Shown here one piece after another: positions 45,186 to 55,990 of a stretch of DNA of 64,000 nt. Position numbers and translations under genes: made by a program. The DNA is taken from assembly GCA_903831815.1 (NCBI GenBank), contig CAIKZC010000001.1, positions 20,188 through 84,187 of the forward strand, in the 5' to 3' direction. This DNA comes from an uncultured bacterium (GTDB lineage: Bacteria > Patescibacteriota > Minisyncoccia > Phycocordibacterales > UBA11359). Under the pieces are notes generated by a model that saw nothing but the letters and a program-made list of their open reading frames with translations, did not search any database and had not been told where the DNA came from. Each line of letters begins with the position of its first letter. Position 1 is the first letter of the stretch.

Positions 45186-45257
45186 TTGCGGGGGACGGAA
45201 TTGCACCGTCGATCTACAGGTTATGAGCCTGTCGAGATACTACTTCTCCACCCCGCG
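45186..45257 (-). tRNA. initiator-like tRNA-Met (CAT) with C1xA72 mismatch; atypical D-loop (no GG) and T-loop TGCAATT
   Basis: Minus strand: CGCGGGG-TG-GAGA-AGTAGTA-TCTC-G-ACAGG-CTCATAA-CCTGT-AGATC-GACGG-TGCAATT-CCGTC-CCCCGCA-A. The unpaired 1-72 and the GG/CC in the anticodon stem are initiator hallmarks. Confidence 0.5.
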
Positions 45258-45311
45258 ATCTATAATGTTCGGTATTGTACACTAAAATAAACGTCTAAGC
45301 AAATCGAAGAA

Positions 45312-46007
45312 TTAGACGTAATTGAATTCGTTGAAAACCATTTCGTAGAGACCAATCACACGTTTTGATTCGCGCTGAGAAAGAACAAAATTAGAACCTT
45401 CGTGAGCAATAGCGTTACGAATCTTGTGACCTTCCCACGCAGCATCAAGAGTTTTAAAATCCCCTTTCGCAGCATTTTTTAAACGATCTCCGAGAGTTTC
45501 ACCCATATAACCGAGAGATTGCACCAAATCATCAAGCAAAACATCAGCTTCAAGAATCGATAGTCTCCATTCGGCCGGATTTTGGGAATTAACATGAGTC
45601 TGAATTTGTCGCCATTTTTGATTTTGCATCGAAGGTAATTTTTCTTCAACGGCAACAATTTTACTCTTTTTCTTTTCCTCAACTTTTAGTTCATGGGTTA
45701 ACCAAGCCACCCAAAGAATGGCCAAAAATGTGACTATACAAAAGATGGTTGCAATCATTATGTAAATAGATACGCTGACTTGAATGAAGTGAAGTAAATT
45801 GGCAAACCAACCGTTTGGTCCGCCTGTCAACATTTCAAATTGAGTATTTGAAATTCCACTGCCACCATTGTTTGAAAAGAAAAAATTGCTAGTCTGTGCT
45901 ACAAAAACTAGTGCCAAAAAAGCCACGAAAATTGTTATCAAAATTTCTTCGGCCGTTTTTCCCGCCGAACCCTTTTTGTCGTCTTTTTTTCCTTTTTTTT
46001 CGTCCAT
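45312..46007 (-). CDS. hypothetical membrane protein with C-terminal HEPN-like domain (Rx4H motif)
   Basis: 231 aa: Lys-rich N-terminus, two TM helices, then a soluble domain ending ...AAWEGHKIRNAIAHEG (R-x4-H as in HEPN RNase motifs). Tentative. Confidence 0.4.
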   Translation of the reverse strand: MDEKKGKKDDKKGSAGKTAEEILITIFVAFLALVFVAQTSNFFFSNNGGSGISNTQFEMLTGGPNGWFANLLHFIQVSVSIYIMIATIFCIVTFLAILWVAWLTHELKVEEKKKSKIVAVEEKLPSMQNQKWRQIQTHVNSQNPAEWRLSILEADVLLDDLVQSLGYMGETLGDRLKNAAKGDFKTLDAAWEGHKIRNAIAHEGSNFVLSQRESKRVIGLYEMVFNEFNYV

Positions 46008-46040
46008 AATTACTACTTATTGTACAATATTTAATAAATT

Positions 46041-47492
46041 TTAACGAACGCTCTCTACGACCTTGCCAAGCTGGAACAGAATATCTTCACGGAAATGCGG
46101 AGCCATAATCTGAAATCCTAAAGGTAAGTCTTTCCCTTCTCGATTGGCGGTGCCACACGGTACAGAAATAGCCGGTACACCGACCAGATTGGCAGTGACC
46201 GTAAAAATATCAGCGAGATACATTGAAAGTGGGTCCGAAGCTTTCTCGCCAACTTTAAATGATGGAGTCGGAGAAGTTGGAGTCACAATCACATCAACTT
46301 CTTTGAAAGCTTCAATGAAATCTTTTTTTAGGAGGTTTTGTGTTGCGCGAGCTTTGCCGTAATATGCATCATAATATCCCGTCGAAAGGACATATGTTCC
46401 AAGTATAATACGACGGCGAACTTCTTTTCCCAGAAATTGTCCGCGGGTTAGCATATAATCTTCCAATAGATCCTTACCGTCCGCATGAGCGCCATATTTT
46501 ATACCATCAAAACGCGCCAAGTTTGAAGAAACTTCGGCTGGCATCAAGACATAGTAAACCGCGAGAGAATAATCTATGTTCGGCAAGGAAACATCTACGA
46601 TCGTGTGGCCGGCATTTTCCAATTTCTTTAAAGTTTCTTCAAAATTTTTCAGCACATCGACGTCGATGCCCTCTTTCATAAAATGTCGCGGTACACCAAT
46701 TGTTAATTTAAGTTTTTCTTCTTTTCCCGTAAACAGTGAATCGGCCGAAGTGCTGTCATACTTATCTTTACCTTTTATTGTATTAAAAATTATTTCAGAA
46801 TCGGCAACGGTTTTGGTAATCGGACCGGCTTGATCAAGCGAAGATCCCATGGCAATAAGACCATATCGCGAAATTGCTCCATAAGTGGGCTTTAAACCAA
46901 CCATACCGCAAAAAGATGCGGGTTGACGTACGGAACCACCCGTATCTGTCCCTAAAGCAGCTAATGCCCCGTCCATGGCCACTGCCGCCACACTTCCGCC
47001 TGAAGAACCTCCGGAAACACGTGTTGGGTCGACCGGATTTCGAGTTGCGCCATAAGCAGAGTTTTCGGTTGAACCACCCATAGCGAACTCGTCCATGTTT
47101 GTGCGGCCAAGAAAAATCGCTCCGGCTTCTTTAAGTTTTTTTGTGACCGTCGCGTCGTAGCTGGCTTTGTAGTTTTCCAAAATTTTTGAAGAAGCTCCGG
47201 CGATTCTGCCCTCGATCAAAATATTGTCTTTCATGGCAAAAGGAATGCCAGTCAACAAATTAACACTACCGACTTTTCCGGATTTGATTTTTATGTCAGC
47301 CTGCTTCGCTTGTTCAAGAGCATCAACAAAAACTTCTCTATATGCATTAATTTCAGGATTTTTCTTAGCAATGATGTCGAGATAAGTTTGAGTTAGTTCA
47401 ACCGCAGTAAAATCGCCTTTTATCAAATGGTCGTGAGCGGATTCTATGGTTAGTTTGGATACATCGATCATGAAAATTTCTGAATTATACAA
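46041..47492 (-). CDS. gatA: Asp-tRNA(Asn)/Glu-tRNA(Gln) amidotransferase subunit A
   Basis: 483 aa with the amidase signature (GGSSGGSVAAVA, catalytic Ser-cisSer-Lys region). Confidence 0.9.
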   Translation of the reverse strand: MYNSEIFMIDVSKLTIESAHDHLIKGDFTAVELTQTYLDIIAKKNPEINAYREVFVDALEQAKQADIKIKSGKVGSVNLLTGIPFAMKDNILIEGRIAGASSKILENYKASYDATVTKKLKEAGAIFLGRTNMDEFAMGGSTENSAYGATRNPVDPTRVSGGSSGGSVAAVAMDGALAALGTDTGGSVRQPASFCGMVGLKPTYGAISRYGLIAMGSSLDQAGPITKTVADSEIIFNTIKGKDKYDSTSADSLFTGKEEKLKLTIGVPRHFMKEGIDVDVLKNFEETLKKLENAGHTIVDVSLPNIDYSLAVYYVLMPAEVSSNLARFDGIKYGAHADGKDLLEDYMLTRGQFLGKEVRRRIILGTYVLSTGYYDAYYGKARATQNLLKKDFIEAFKEVDVIVTPTSPTPSFKVGEKASDPLSMYLADIFTVTANLVGVPAISVPCGTANREGKDLPLGFQIMAPHFREDILFQLGKVVESVR

Positions 47493-47792
47493 TTACATTA
47501 TTTTTTTTACTTTAAGATAATTGTCTTCGCGGGCCGGCGCGGAGGCAAGGACCCTCTCGGTGAATTCGCTCGGCATATGCGGCTCGCCGTCTTCGCGCAA
47601 AACATTGCGAAGCGCGCCGGCCTGAACGGTCGGTTTTTGAGAAACTGCATCGGAAACCAGAGTCGCTTTCTTGATTTGATCAATATAACCCAAAATAGAC
47701 TCGATTTGAGTACGCAAAGTCTCCTGCTCTTCCGGAGCTATTTTTATTCGAGATAATTCGGAGAGTTTTTGAATATCCTCAATCGTAATCAT
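47493..47792 (-). CDS. gatC: Asp-tRNA(Asn)/Glu-tRNA(Gln) amidotransferase subunit C
   Basis: 99 aa, GatC size and pattern (IEDIQKLSELSRIKI..); directly upstream of gatA, ends 1 nt before the gatA start. Confidence 0.8.
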   Translation of the reverse strand: MITIEDIQKLSELSRIKIAPEEQETLRTQIESILGYIDQIKKATLVSDAVSQKPTVQAGALRNVLREDGEPHMPSEFTERVLASAPAREDNYLKVKKIM

Positions 47793-47813
47793 GCCCGTAA
47801 TACTAGCATTTTT

Positions 47814-49862
<2,049 letters not shown>

Positions 49863-50396
49863 TTAATAATTCGTCGTAATGCCGCGCTCCAAACGACTCA
49901 GTGATGCAGCGCAAGTATTATAGCCGTAAGATTGAATAGTTGTATACATTCTGGTTTGATCCTGCCCAAGATTTATATCTCCGATGTTTTTTAAAATTTT
50001 AACGACCGCACAGGTTGTTTGATTATTTGAAACAATGCCGACAGGAATACCCGGTACCAAGAAGGTATAACTGTAATTTTCTTGGTTCGATCCGGTATCG
50101 AGAGAGTAGGATATATCCCTGCCGTTGCAGCTTATTGGCTCAAGATTATTACCACCATCAGCACCGTTTGCCCACACAAATTTTCCTCCACCATTGGCGC
50201 TCTGATCCCAATACATGGCGCATTCAACTCCAGAATCGGCAGCATAGAAGGCGATCTGAGAATCTTTGTTGGCAATAGAGAGCATTTGTTCTTTTAGCGC
50301 GATCCCTCCGATAGACATGGCAATAATCAGCAAAATTCCCGCTGTCACCACGGCAACCAAAATCGTAAAGCCTTTTTGTGAATTTTTGCTATTCAT
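49863..50396 (-). CDS. pilin-like protein with N-terminal GFTILV segment lacking Glu5 (minor pilin/pseudopilin, PilX-like)
   Basis: Start trimmed to MNSKNSQKGFTILVAVVTAGILLII; hydrophobic N-terminal helix after a positively charged leader; last gene of the pilus cluster. Confidence 0.55.
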   Translation of the reverse strand: MNSKNSQKGFTILVAVVTAGILLIIAMSIGGIALKEQMLSIANKDSQIAFYAADSGVECAMYWDQSANGGGKFVWANGADGGNNLEPISCNGRDISYSLDTGSNQENYSYTFLVPGIPVGIVSNNQTTCAVVKILKNIGDINLGQDQTRMYTTIQSYGYNTCAASLSRLERGITTNY

Positions 50397-50982
50397 AATT
50401 GTAATCATTGAAAATATCTTCACTGACGGTATACGAACGCGGAAGCGCGCCATCATTCCAACTCACGGTCACGGTAACAGTCACTTCATCACTTGTAATC
50501 GGAGTGACAACCACAACTCGCGTATACGGAGAAGGTTTATCATATGTGGAAGATTCGGAACGGTAACCATAAAAACCGTCACTGTTTTGGTATAACGCTT
50601 CCAAATTTGAATCGATATGCTGAATATAATTACTTTTTGGATCAACATAGCAACCGTGACCTCCACAAAAAGCAGAATCGGTTAGGTTTCCAACAACGCG
50701 ATTTGAATTGATTGCTTCTAGCCACGATACCGATAAAATGTTCGAATTATCATTTGGGTCAAACTGTTTATAATAATTTGTACCACGAAGATTATTTATG
50801 TATTCGAGAGCTTCCTGCGCAAGATAGATCGCGGTCACTTGATTGCGTTGATGGTTTGAAGAAAAAAGTCCGGCTTGCACCAACGAAAGCGGTCCTGCAA
50901 TGGCAATCATCAAAATACTGACAGCTATCATGGTTTCGATGAGAGAAAATCCGTATTTATTTTTGAAAGTATTTTTTATCAT
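50389..50982 (-). CDS. prepilin-type N-terminal cleavage/methylation domain protein (minor pilin, PilV-like)
   Basis: MIKNTFKNKYGFSLIETMIAVSILMIAIAG: class III signal peptide with G-1, F+1, E+5. Confidence 0.7.
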   Translation of the reverse strand: MIKNTFKNKYGFSLIETMIAVSILMIAIAGPLSLVQAGLFSSNHQRNQVTAIYLAQEALEYINNLRGTNYYKQFDPNDNSNILSVSWLEAINSNRVVGNLTDSAFCGGHGCYVDPKSNYIQHIDSNLEALYQNSDGFYGYRSESSTYDKPSPYTRVVVVTPITSDEVTVTVTVSWNDGALPRSYTVSEDIFNDYNYE

Positions 50983-50983
50983 T

Positions 50984-51643
50984 TTATTGACAAGAAGTTG
51001 CATTCGGAAAAACCTTGCATGTATCCAAATTCCTCTGCGAGATCAAAGTCTCGATTTCAAATTTTTGTTGACTCGTTCCGGCGGTCGCATATCCCGAAAC
51101 AGCGATGAAAACTGAAGGTTGTTGCTGTATGCTTTCTTCCGCTCCTTGCACATAGAAATTCAATTTTGTAATATGGACTTCCGGTGCGGTCATAGCGACG
51201 CAAACACCTTGATTTTGAAAATCAATTTGATTCGCACATTTATAAATGGTGCCTGGAACCGTTTGGTCAGCTGAATCATTATCGCGTCTTAGCGTGTAGA
51301 TGGTCTGTTCTCCGAGATATCCAGCGGCAATGGGGCGAGCCACAAAAGCAAATGTGCTATCCCCATCCAAACAAGAAGTTGGATCTTTAAAATTTCCGTC
51401 CGGATTTCCGCAATGATACATCGTGCCATATCGCGCATCCCTCGACATCGTATCCAAGGCACTACTTAAATTATCCATCACAGATTTCAAGGCTTGCGAC
51501 GTTTTGTTGGCTGCCACAATACTGAAAATTGCTCCGACTGCGATCGTCATGATGATACTGAAGACAAAAACCGCAACCAGCATTTCAATCAGGGTAAATC
51601 CGGATCTTTTTGAAATTATTTTTTTTGACCGAAGAAGTTTCAT
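50984..51643 (-). CDS. prepilin-type minor pilin (PilW-like)
   Basis: MKLLRSKKIISKRSGFTLIEMLVAVFVFSIIM: class III signal peptide. Confidence 0.7.
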   Translation of the reverse strand: MKLLRSKKIISKRSGFTLIEMLVAVFVFSIIMTIAVGAIFSIVAANKTSQALKSVMDNLSSALDTMSRDARYGTMYHCGNPDGNFKDPTSCLDGDSTFAFVARPIAAGYLGEQTIYTLRRDNDSADQTVPGTIYKCANQIDFQNQGVCVAMTAPEVHITKLNFYVQGAEESIQQQPSVFIAVSGYATAGTSQQKFEIETLISQRNLDTCKVFPNATSCQ

Positions 51644-51649
51644 GATCGT

Positions 51650-52267
51650 TTATTGTACAGATATTTGACCTGATTGTTCCACAACAACGGATTTATGAAG
51701 GTCGTTTGAAGAATTTTGTAATTTTATTGTGGCCTCACTACCGTTACTAAATCTATGACCTCTGATATTAATTCCTGTACCGGATATTTTAGCTTCAGGA
51801 TCCGGTCGTTTAAATACGATATCGAGAGCATCGAACGTGCATGGATTATTTCCCAAAGAAACATTGTTAGCAATACATAAACTTTCTATATTGATACCCC
51901 GTTGAAATTTATATGTTTGTATGACAGTCTCACCGTTATCATATGATCCGTTATTGTTTTCATCAACAAACAATGTCAATGGCGTGGCTTCAGGAGTTGA
52001 TTTATCAAAATGCACGCCGTAAGCGCTTTGAAAATTGTTGAAGCTATCAGTACTAATTGGCGACATCTGACCGCTTGCTCCTCCCTCTTTTACAGCAACA
52101 CCATAAACTTGCGCCTGACGAATCGTGAGCGAAATATCGTAGGCAAAAGCTCCAAGCAAAGAACTATCGTTAAATTTATTGTAATTAAAAATGACAACGG
52201 AAGTCATGATCAACATAATGGAAATGGTGACCATAAGCTCGATGAGAGTAAATCCTTTTGTTGTCAT
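51650..52267 (-). CDS. prepilin-type minor pilin (GspH/FimT-like)
   Basis: MTTKGFTLIELMVTISIMLIM; start set at the ATG because the ORF-track start is a GTG 3 codons upstream. Preceded by conserved-motif copy 2. Confidence 0.7.
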   Translation of the reverse strand: MTTKGFTLIELMVTISIMLIMTSVVIFNYNKFNDSSLLGAFAYDISLTIRQAQVYGVAVKEGGASGQMSPISTDSFNNFQSAYGVHFDKSTPEATPLTLFVDENNNGSYDNGETVIQTYKFQRGINIESLCIANNVSLGNNPCTFDALDIVFKRPDPEAKISGTGINIRGHRFSNGSEATIKLQNSSNDLHKSVVVEQSGQISVQ

Positions 52268-52287
52268 AGGGTACACTATCTTAAGAT
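52268..52287 (-). promoter_or_regulatory. conserved leader motif ATCTTAAGATAGTG(N3)CCCT upstream of start codon (copy 2 of 3)
   Basis: Coding strand: cATCTTAAGATAGTGTACCCT ATG, directly 5' of the minor pilin start, in the 20-nt gap after pilD. Confidence 0.45.
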
Positions 52288-52288
52288 G

Positions 52289-53098
52289 TTATAAGAACGA
52301 GCCGACCAAAAGCAAATTGAAACCGGAAAAGAAGACGAATAAAACTCCGAAAATGAGGAATGGAGCAAATGGAAGCTCACTCTTCATTGTAAGGCTATTT
52401 CGGGCAAAAAACAATCCGATACAAGTGCGAGAAAACCAAGCTGAATCTGAGATTTTTTGAAGCAAGAGGTAGGCTAAACCGAATATGGCACCAGTCCAGA
52501 AACCGATGATAATAGCCGATAAACCGAGTGAAAGTCCAAGGTAGGCACCGATTCCGATAGCTAATTTACCGTCACCTAGGCCAATCCAACGACCGTTGGA
52601 AACTTTCCAGAGCAAATAAAAAGGTAAGAACAAAATACCTCCGGCCAAAAAATTCCAGATCAGAAAACTTCCGCCATATAGTAGCGGCGCCAATAATTTT
52701 GCGAGGCCAGCTATTACAAACAACGTTACTAATCCGTCCGGGATGATCTTGTGTCGAATATCATAAACCGTCATCACCACGAGCACCCCCACCACAACCA
52801 AATCAAAGAAAAGTGCAATCGAAAGACCGTCAACACTATAAACCGCCAAAAATAAAATAGCGGTAATGAGTTCGATGATCGGATATTGCCAAGAAATCTT
52901 ACTTTTGCAAGTACGACAACGTCCGCGAAAAGTCAAAAAACTCGCAACCGGGATCATGTCGAACCACTGCAGACGTCGACCGCAAGAAAAACATTGTGAG
53001 CGACCATTGATAGACATGCCAGTGTTGTATCGATAGATCACAACATTGAGAAAACTGCCGATACACGCTCCGAGCAAAAAGAAAAAAAGTGAAAACAT
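52289..53098 (-). CDS. pilD: prepilin peptidase (A24 family, PilD)
   Basis: 269 aa with the N-terminal zinc-binding CxxC...CxxC (CFSCGRRL...CRTCKSKI), about 8 TM helices and the catalytic Asp region of A24 peptidases. Confidence 0.85.
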   Translation of the reverse strand: MFSLFFFLLGACIGSFLNVVIYRYNTGMSINGRSQCFSCGRRLQWFDMIPVASFLTFRGRCRTCKSKISWQYPIIELITAILFLAVYSVDGLSIALFFDLVVVGVLVVMTVYDIRHKIIPDGLVTLFVIAGLAKLLAPLLYGGSFLIWNFLAGGILFLPFYLLWKVSNGRWIGLGDGKLAIGIGAYLGLSLGLSAIIIGFWTGAIFGLAYLLLQKISDSAWFSRTCIGLFFARNSLTMKSELPFAPFLIFGVLFVFFSGFNLLLVGSFL

Positions 53099-53108
53099 GT
53101 TATGGTGT

Positions 53109-53573
53109 CTAAATAGAAGTATTAGCGCTCGTTGATTGCACAGCGTCCGGACTGGTCACTCCGTAAAGATTTTGAGTATCGGCAGGTAAAGGAGTTTCAG
53201 TACAAGTTGTCAAAGAATTTTTAGGTATTAGGTTTGGAGTCGTTTTCGAATTTTCCAAAGTTGTATACAAGAAATAACTTATTCCGCATTCCCCTCCCGA
53301 AAATCGAAGAGGAACATAAGTATAAGCCGCGCCGCTTGGATCTTTCGGTAAATTTGGAAATGACGTTTGATCGGTCAAATCTCTTGGATAAATACCGTTC
53401 TGCTCTTTAAATGACTCAAGTTTTAATTGAATCAGACGAATATCCGTTTTGCGCTGATTATCTCGCGCCACCGATTTGGCCGAACTCCCGGCCATTATAG
53501 CAACACTCGTTAAAATGGCGATTATCCCGACCACAACCATTATCTCAATAAGAGTAAATCCTTTTTTTATCAT
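53109..53573 (-). CDS. type IV pilin / pseudopilin (GspG-like)
   Basis: MIKKGFTLIEIMVVVGIIAILTSVAIMA; class III signal peptide. Confidence 0.7.
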   Translation of the reverse strand: MIKKGFTLIEIMVVVGIIAILTSVAIMAGSSAKSVARDNQRKTDIRLIQLKLESFKEQNGIYPRDLTDQTSFPNLPKDPSGAAYTYVPLRFSGGECGISYFLYTTLENSKTTPNLIPKNSLTTCTETPLPADTQNLYGVTSPDAVQSTSANTSI

Positions 53574-53598
53574 ATTAATATTGTACCACAATTTAAAA

Positions 53599-53620
53599 AC
53601 CTCACGAATGTGAGGTTTTT
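53599..53620 (-). terminator. rho-independent terminator (CCTCAC-gaat-GTGAGG flanked by A/T runs) after pilin gene
   Basis: Seen directly, about 25 nt after the stop of the 53643-54104 pilin. Confidence 0.5.
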
Positions 53621-53642
53621 ACTTAAAAATATCTTCAAAAAA

Positions 53643-54104
53643 TTACATTGTGTTTCCAAAACAATCCTTTCCGGAAGCAGGTACGGTTGTCGCGGCTGAT
53701 AACCCGGCACTATCTATACACCAACCGTTTGCACCATTAGCGTACAATGCGTGCCACATTGAGTAACTAGTTATGTTTGAACCTATATTTGCTCCTGCAT
53801 TGGATGTACAAGTTGGGGATGTAAGATTTGACCAGTTACTTGCAGTCATAAGTTTTGATACGCCAGGATCAATTACTAAAGTACCGCAAGTATTTGCTGT
53901 AGCCACAGTCGTTACGCCATATTTATTTCCCGAATAAACAATTTCAGCAGCTGCCCTAATACTAGACATTTGTGCTTGAATCTTTGCATCATTCGCTCTA
54001 TTTCGAGCCGTACTTAACGATGCCATCACAATTGCTGAAAGAATACCGATGATGGCGATAACCACCAAGAGTTCAACTAACGTAAAACCTTTAATTTTTT
54101 TCAT
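53643..54104 (-). CDS. pilA: major type IV pilin candidate (paralog 2)
   Basis: MKKIKGFTLVELLVVIAIIGILSAIVMASLSTARNRANDAKIQAQMSS...; the N-terminal ~60 aa are nearly identical to the upstream paralog; Cys pairs in the C-terminal domain; own terminator. Confidence 0.7.
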   Translation of the reverse strand: MKKIKGFTLVELLVVIAIIGILSAIVMASLSTARNRANDAKIQAQMSSIRAAAEIVYSGNKYGVTTVATANTCGTLVIDPGVSKLMTASNWSNLTSPTCTSNAGANIGSNITSYSMWHALYANGANGWCIDSAGLSAATTVPASGKDCFGNTM

Positions 54105-54159
54105 ATTGTTTAGATTACAATTTATTTCATTTATAATACCATAACATATATACAAATGT

Positions 54160-54198
54160 ACACAACAAAAAAACTCCGCGAAACGCGGAGTTTTTTGA
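54160..54198 (-). terminator. strong rho-independent terminator (ACTCCGCG-aaa-CGCGGAGT with flanking A/T runs) after the first major pilin gene
   Basis: Seen directly: perfect 8-bp GC-rich stem followed by TTTTTT on both strands. Confidence 0.6.
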
Positions 54199-54215
54199 TC
54201 AACTAAACAAAAGTC

Positions 54216-54671
54216 TTAAATACAAGCTGTAGCACCTGCAAGTTGAAGAGCTCCTTCTTGAGTTGATTTACCGGTACTATCTACACACCAGTATTGACCG
54301 GTTGTGGTCAAAGGAGCCTGAGCTGCCCAAGCACCAGCAGCATCACTGCAACTTACGTTACCAGCTGTCTCAACTGCACCCATAGCCAAGATACCTGCTC
54401 CGGTTGACGAAGCACTAGCTAACAAAAGAGACTTTATACCTCCAGGTGTTGCGGTACCAAGAGCTGAACAAACGCCACCATAACTATTCGTATTGCCTCC
54501 ATAAAAAATTTCAGCTTGTGCACGAGCACTACTCATTTGAGCTTGAACCGTCGCATCCTTTGCTCGATTTCGAGCTGTGTTAAGAGACGCCAACACTATT
54601 GCCGAAAGAATACCGATGATGGCGATAACCACCAAGAGCTCGATCAACGTAAAACCTTTGTTTCTTTTCAT
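54216..54671 (-). CDS. pilA: major type IV pilin candidate (paralog 1)
   Basis: MKRNKGFTLIELLVVIAIIGILSAIVLASLNTARNRAKDATVQAQMSS...; class III signal peptide; followed by a strong terminator (monocistronic, high-expression layout). Confidence 0.7.
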   Translation of the reverse strand: MKRNKGFTLIELLVVIAIIGILSAIVLASLNTARNRAKDATVQAQMSSARAQAEIFYGGNTNSYGGVCSALGTATPGGIKSLLLASASSTGAGILAMGAVETAGNVSCSDAAGAWAAQAPLTTTGQYWCVDSTGKSTQEGALQLAGATACI

Positions 54672-54778
54672 TATATTAAACACTAACTAATAATTCTAAT
54701 AATAGACCGTGTCCATTTATTATACCCCATTTACCAACAGGTCAAAAGTCAACCTGTGGATAACCGCTATATCGTTTC

Positions 54779-55984
54779 CTAAACACTAGAAGCAACATTG
54801 TAAATAGGAATGAGGACTGAGGCAAGAAGAATACCAACCGCCAAGCCAAGAAAAACGATCATGACCGGCTCAATGAGACTGATCAGGGTTTCCATAGCGG
54901 CGCTAACTTCGCGCTGATAGAATTTGGACATCGTTTTGAGAATAGGACCGAGCTCCCCCGTTTCCTCACCCACCTTGATCATCTGTACGACAATGCCAGG
55001 AACTTCTGGATATTTTGACATAGCATCGGAAACTGCGGCGCCACCTTTAATCGACACAACTGTTTTTTCCAAAAGATTTTTATAAACTTCGTTATCAACG
55101 GTCGTAGCGCTTAGCTCGATCGAACGCACCATCGTGATACCGCTCGCGAGAGACGTGCTCATGTTGTCTGCAATGCGCGCCAAATATAATTTTTTATAGA
55201 AATCTCCCACGAACGGAATAGAAATCTTGAATCGATCGAGTGCGAGGCGACCGGACGTAGTTCGAATATATCTAAGCAAAAACAATCCGCCAACCACGAT
55301 CGCGATTAGCAAAAACAGCCCGTAATCGACAAAAAATGTGCTAAATCCCAAGATAAGACGGGTATAAAAAGGAATTTCTTGACCGGAAGCAAGTAAAATA
55401 TCGCTGATCTTCGGAATAACCATAGTAAGCATCAAGACCATCACGGCAACAAAAGTTACAACAACGAATGCGGGATAGATCAAAGCGTTGCGAGCTTTGG
55501 AATTCATCGCATATGTGCGATCCATGTATTCGGCAAGAGAATTAAATATTTCATCAAGGTGTCCGGTCTCTTCGCCTGAAACAACCATGCTGACATAAAA
55601 AGACGAAAACACTTTTGGATGTTTCGCCATAGCTTTTGAAATGGAACTACCGCCTTGAAGATCATCCGCAATAACATTAAGGATCGAAGCGAGTGCCGGA
55701 TTTTGTGTTTCGGTCGCTAAAAGCCTGAAAACTTTTAAAGCCGAAACCTGAGCGCTAAATAATGTGGCGATTTGTTGCGAAAGGATAACGACATCTTTTG
55801 TTTTAACGCCGTTTAGAAAGCTAAAATATTTTGTAATCTTATTGGGTGCATCAGCCGGTTGAATACTGGAAATAACCAAGTCGCGTCGTTGAAGAGAACT
55901 AATAGCGACATCGATATTTATGGCGTCGATCGAACCGCTCTGCGTTTCGCCTTTATTGGTTATAACTTTGTAATTGAAAAGCAT
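54779..55984 (-). CDS. pilC: type IV pilus platform protein PilC (GspF family)
   Basis: 401 aa with two GspF repeats and 3-4 TM helices. Confidence 0.85.
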   Translation of the reverse strand: MLFNYKVITNKGETQSGSIDAINIDVAISSLQRRDLVISSIQPADAPNKITKYFSFLNGVKTKDVVILSQQIATLFSAQVSALKVFRLLATETQNPALASILNVIADDLQGGSSISKAMAKHPKVFSSFYVSMVVSGEETGHLDEIFNSLAEYMDRTYAMNSKARNALIYPAFVVVTFVAVMVLMLTMVIPKISDILLASGQEIPFYTRLILGFSTFFVDYGLFLLIAIVVGGLFLLRYIRTTSGRLALDRFKISIPFVGDFYKKLYLARIADNMSTSLASGITMVRSIELSATTVDNEVYKNLLEKTVVSIKGGAAVSDAMSKYPEVPGIVVQMIKVGEETGELGPILKTMSKFYQREVSAAMETLISLIEPVMIVFLGLAVGILLASVLIPIYNVASSV

Positions 55985-55990
55985 AATAAA

